From the NCBI RefSeq assembly GCF_009914755.1, contig NC_060926.1: DNA of 64,000 nucleotides; one strand, 5' to 3'. The translations under genes were made by a program, and so were the position numbers. Under the pieces are notes generated by a model that worked only from the letters and a program-made list of their open reading frames with translations, did not search any database and was not told the DNA's origin. This document shows positions 51,723 through 64,000 of the stretch, piece by piece (within the stretch, counting starts at the first letter, position 1; each line of letters opens with the position of its first letter). Source of the DNA: the human T2T-CHM13v2.0 reference genome, Homo sapiens.

Positions 51723-53817
51723 AAATAAGTGAAGATAAGTATAATGACAATGTTGCATCAAATAAAGCATATCTGTAACAAGACAGAAATTCTGGAGTAA
51801 ATCTGAAGATACATTGATTGAGATTATGTAATTCAAAGAACAAGGAGAAAAAAGAATGAAGATAAATGAAGAGTCTCAGAGGAATATGGGCCACTATTAA
51901 ATGCACCAACTTACATATAATGTGAGTACCAGACAGAAAAGAAACACACAAAGGGAGCATAAAAATGTTCAAAGAACGAATAGCTGGAAAATTCCCAAGT
52001 GTATTAAAAAATAACCTGTTCCTCCAGGAAATTCAACAAGCACCAGGCAGGATAAACACAAAGAGATCAACAAATAGACAAAACATAACAAAAATGCTGA
52101 AAGCCAAAGAGAAAAATTGAATCTTGAAAGTAGCATGAGAAAAATGATTCATCACTTAAAAGGGAACCTCCAAAAGATTAGCAGCTAGCTTTGCAACAGA
52201 AACATATTTTAAGTGCTCAAAGAAAAAAACTGTCAGCCAAGAACCCTATATTAGCAAAACCCTCTCAAAAAATGAAGATTAAATCATTTCTAGATAAACA
52301 AAACTGAAATTATATGTTGAAAGCTGACCCACCTCACAAGAAATACTAAAAGAAATTATTCAGGTTCAAAGCAGGTGATCCCATATTTGAATTCACATTA
52401 ATAGACAAAGAACACTAGTAAAGGTAATTTTGTCATTATAAAAGATGGTACAGATGTTATTCATCCTTTCTTAACTGATTTATAAAGCAATTGTATAAAA
52501 CCACGTGTATAATGAATTATTGGGTCCATACATATATAAATGTAATATACTTGCTAGTAACAGCACAAAGGGGGTAACTCAGAGCAAAGCAGTATTGGGC
52601 TAAGGAAATTACTCGATGGTAACTCAGAAATGATAAATCGGAGTATTAATATATTTTTTAAAACTATAAATATAAAATTTTCTTTCCTTTGGCTTTTTAA
52701 AAACATAATATTTTATAAATGATCATAACAATGTATTGTGAGGTTTGTAACACTTAGAGATTATATATAGATAGATAGATGTATCAACAATTTCACAAAA
52801 TGGGGAAAGGGATATAGAGCTATATAGAGTGTGTATATATATATATAGATATAGATAGAGATATATCACACTGGAATTAATTTAGAATAAATCTGAAGCT
52901 GATTCTGATAAATTGAGACATATATGGTAAGCTCTAAAGCAATCGGTAGGGAAATAACTAGAAATATATATGTACACAAATACCTTGATTTATTGTACTT
53001 GCCTTTATTGCACTTTGCAGATACTGTGTTTTTTTACAAATGGAAGGTTGTGGCAACCCTGTCAAGCAAGTCTATTGGCACCATTTTTCCAATGGCGTGT
53101 GCTCACTTTGTGTCTGTGTGTCATACTTTGGTAATCTCCAAATATTTCAAACTTCCTTGTACCTTTATGGTGATCTGTGATCTTTGTATTACTATTGTAA
53201 TTGTTATGGGGTACCACAAACCCACACCCATATAAAAAGGCAAACTTAATCAACAAATGTTGTGTGTGCTCTGACAGCTCCACTGACCAGCCATTCCTCC
53301 ATCTCTCTCTCTCTCTCCCCGAAGGCCCCCCTATTCCCTGAGGTACAACACTATTGAAATTAGGCCAGTTAATATTCCTACATTGGCCTCTAAGTAGTCA
53401 AGTGAAAGGAAATCATATATATCTCTAAACCACAAAATAGAAATGTTTAAGCTTAGTGAGGAAGTTATGTCAAAAGCCAAGATAAGCTGAAAGCTAGACC
53501 TCTTGCATCAGTTAGTCAAGTTGTGAATGCAAAGGAAAAATTATTGAAAGAAATAAAAAGTGCTACTCCAGCAAACACATGAATGATAAGAAAACAAAAA
53601 AGTCTACTGCTAATATGGGAAAAGTTGGAGTGGTCCGGATAGAAGTTCAAACCGGCCACAAGTATCCCCTTAAGCCAACACCTAATCCAGAGTAAGGTAT
53701 TAACACTCTTTAATTCTATGGAGAGAAGTGAGAAAGTTGCACAAGAATAGTTTGAAGGAGCAAAGGTTGGTTCATGAGGTTTAAGGAAAGAAATCCTCTC
53801 CAGAAGATAAAAGTGCA

Positions 53818-54201
<384 letters not shown>

Positions 54202-54328
54202 CTAAGATCATTGAATGAGGGTGGCTACACTAAACAATAAATTTTCAATGTAGATGACACAGCCTTATATTGGAAAATGTTATATAGGAAGTCAATGCCT
54301 GATTGTGAAGCTTCAAAAAACAGGCTGT

Positions 54329-54661
54329 CATAAAAAAGGATGAGTTCATGTCCTTTGTAGCGACATGCGTGAAGCTGGAAAGCATCATTCTGAGCAAACT
54401 ATCGCAAGGACAGAAAACCAAACACCACAGTTCTCACTCATAGGTGGAAATTGAACAATGAGAACACTTGGACACAAGGTGGGGAACATCACACACCAGG
54501 GCCTGTCATGGGGTTGGGGGATGGGGGAGGGATAGCATTAGGAGAAATACCTAATGTAAATGACGAGTTAATGGGTGCAGCAAAACAACACGGCACATAT
54601 ATACATATGCAACCTGCACGTTGTGCACATGTACCTAGAACTTAAAGTATAATAAAAAAAT
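54329..54661 (+). mobile_element. 5'-truncated L1PA5/6-like 3' end
   Basis: L1PA 3'UTR plus tail; TSD aaaacaggctgt at 54317-54328 and 54662-54673. Confidence 0.92.
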
Positions 54662-54673
54662 AAAACAGGCTGT

Positions 54674-54969
54674 AAGGGTTTGGGGGGAAGTGGGGAGGGT
54701 TAATGGGTACAAAAAAATATAAAGTTTAAAGAAAACCTAGTATTTGATAGCACAATAGGGTGACTATAGTCAAAAATAACTTAATTGTACATTTTAAAAT
54801 AACTAAGAGTATAATTGATTTGTAACATGAAGAAGGATAAATGCTTGAGGTGATGGATACCACATTTACCCTGATGTGATGATTATGCATTGCATGCCCG
54901 TATCAAAATATTATATGTAACTTATATATACCTATTATGTACCCACAAAAATTAAAAAGAAAGTTTAAG
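54674..54969 (+). mobile_element. 5'-truncated L1MA1/2-like 3' end
   Basis: gggttaatgggtacaaaa...tatgtacccacaaaaattaaaaa; followed by aaaacagcctg. Confidence 0.85.
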
Positions 54970-55157
54970 AAAACAGCCTGAATCTCTTGTTAGGGGGTAA
55001 TGCAGCTGGTGACTTTAGGTGGAAGCCCATGCTCATTTACTATTTTGAAAATTGAACGGCACTTAAAAATTATGCTGAATGTACTCTACTTGTGTTGTAT
55101 AAGTGGAACAACAAAGCCTGGATTACAACACAACTGTTTACAGCATGATTTACTCAA

Positions 55158-55443
55158 TTTTATTTTTGAGATAGGGTCTTGCTCTGCTGCCCAGGCTAGA
55201 GTGCAGTGGTGTGATTACAGTTCACAGCAGCCTTGACTTCCTGGGCCTAAGTGATAATCAGCCTCCCAAGAATCTTGGACTACAGGTACCTGCCACCACA
55301 CCCAGCTAATTTTTGTATTTTTTTTAACAGGTGGGGTTTTGCCTTGTTGCCCAGGCTGGTCTCCAACTCCTAGGCTCAAACAAACTGCCCACCTCGGCCT
55401 CCCAAAATGCCGGGATTACAGGTGTGAATCACTGCACCCAGCC
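55158..55443 (-). mobile_element. AluJ
   Basis: gagatagggtcttgctctg...cagcagccttgacttcctggg, J-type. Confidence 0.9.
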
Positions 55444-55664
55444 TTACTATTTTAAGCCCACTATTGAGACCTATTGCTCACAAAAACAAAAAAAATTCCT
55501 TTCAACATAAAACTGCTCATTGGCAATGCACCTAGTCATCCAAGAGCTTGATGAAGATGTACAGATTAATGTAGTTTTCATGCCTAACAGCATTCATTCT
55601 GCAGCCCATGAATCAAGGAGTCATTTTGACTTTCAGATCTTATTACTTAAGAAATACATTTTGT

Positions 55665-61838
<6,174 letters not shown>

Positions 61839-62656
61839 GAAATACATTTTGTAAGGCTACAGCTGCCATAAATAGTGATTCCTCTGATGGATCTGAGCCA
61901 AGTAAATTGAAAACCTTTTGGAAAGGATTCATTCTAGATGCCATTAAGAACATTTGTGATTCATGGCAGGAGGTAAAAATATCAACATTACCAGAAGTTT
62001 AGAAGAAGTTGATTCCAACCCTAATGGATGACTTTGAGAGGTTCAAGTCTTTAGTGGAGGAAGTCACTGCAGATGTGGTAGAAATAGCAAGAGAACTAGA
62101 ATTAGAAGTAGAGCCTGGAGATGTGACTGAATTGCTGTAATCTCATGATAAAATTTGAATGGCTGAAGAGTTCCTTCTTATAGATTATCAAAGAAAGTAG
62201 TGTTTTGAGATGGAATCTACTCCTGGTGAAGATGCTGTGAACATTGATGAAATGACAACAAAGGATTTAGAATATTACCCCATCTTAGTTGATAAAGCAG
62301 TGAAAAGGTTTGAAAAGATTGGCTGCAATTTTGACAGAAGTTCTACTGTGGGTAAAATGCTGTCAAACAGCATCTTTCATGAAAGGAAGAGTCTATTGAT
62401 GTGGTAAACTTCATTGTCTTACTTTAAGAAATTGACACAGCCACCTCAATTTTCAGCAACTACCACCTTGATGAGTGAACAGCCATCAACATTGAGAATC
62501 AGCAAAAAGATCACAATTCTCCACCAGCAAAAGGTGGTGAGTTTCAACTCTGAAAGCTCAGATAATTATTAGCATTTGTTAGTAATAAAGTATTTTAAAA
62601 TTAAGTTATGTACATTTTTTTAGACATAATGCTATTACACACTTAATAGACTATAA

Positions 62657-62971
<315 letters not shown>

Positions 62972-64000
62972 AAACATAAATTTTATATGCACTGGGAAAC
63001 AAAAAAAAATGTGTTACTTGCATTATTGCAATACTTGATTTCTTGTGGTGGGCTGGAACAGAAAATGCAATATTTCAGAGGTATGCCTGAAGTGAGAAGA
63101 TAATTAAATTAAAATGCTACTTTAGAACATATCCACTTAATGTAAATACCCCTTCTTAATATAAAGTGAAAATAAAGAAAAAGGACACAAAACAGAAAAT
63201 AAAAAGTAAAACGGTACTCTTAAATCCCATTTCATCAATAAGAACATTACATGTGAATGGATTAAGCAATCAATTGAAAGGCAAAATTGTCATGCTAAAT
63301 AAAAAGAAGATCAACTACATATTCTCTATAGAAGATATATTTTAGATGCAAAGATACACAAATTGAAAGTAAAAGGATGAAAAAAGATAATGATGCAAAC
63401 AGCAACCACTAAACAGATAAAGTGGCTCTACTAATATCAGACATAATAGACTTTAAAACAAAAAAAAATTACTAGAGATAGTGACTTTTTAAAATGATAA
63501 ATGGTTCAGTACATCAGAAAAATTTAACAATTACAAATATATATGTACCTTATAACAGAACACCAAATACATGAAGTCAAAACCAACAGCAATAAAGAGA
63601 GAAACAAATAATAATAATAGTTGGAGACTTCAATATCCACTTTCAGTACTGGATAAAGCAACTAGACAATAGATCAACAAGGAAATAAAAGTCTTAAACG
63701 ACAGTATACATGACCTAGAACTAACAGACATCTACAGAACATTCTAACCAACCATAGCAGAATATACATTCTTCTCAAGTGCATATGGGACAATTTTCAG
63801 GATAGATCATATGGCAGACTGTAAAATAAACCTTAATAAATTAAAAAAGATTAAAATAATATAAAGTATGTTCATGAATCCCAAAATGAAAAAAATTAGG
63901 AATGTATAACAAAGAAATTTGGAAAATGCACAAATAACATGAAAATTAAACAAGATGGTTTGAAATAACAGCGAGTCACAGGAGATACCAAAAGAGAAAT

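Overview
Primate (hominoid/catarrhine-type, probably human or ape) genomic DNA. It is AT-rich, and roughly 70% or more (by-eye estimate) is interspersed repeat. No gene is recognised by name and there are no prokaryotic-type features. There are four near full-length, ORF-disrupted L1s: L1-A (L1PA3-like, minus, ~15257-21443), L1-B (L1PA4/5-like, plus, ~24849-30979), L1-C (old L1PA13-16-like, plus, ~34660-40922) and L1-D (L1PA3-like, plus, ~55665-61836). L1-A, L1-B and L1-D have clear target-site duplications (TSDs). Also present: a degraded ERVL provirus, a full-length Tigger1 carrying six nested retro-insertions, old L1M/L2/MIR/MER/MaLR fragments and several Alus. The most unusual signal is a patchwork of private mutations shared among L1-A, L1-B and L1-D. 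The head-to-head inverted pair L1-A/L1-B even shares an ORF2 nonsense codon and two indels, although their ends belong to different subfamilies and each keeps its own TSD. This points to local ectopic gene conversion or inversion toggling; paralog cross-talk in the assembly is the alternative. A phase-consistent three-exon candidate ORF on the minus strand and several short templated duplications are also noted. Subfamily calls rely on recalled consensus features, and old-repeat boundaries are approximate.
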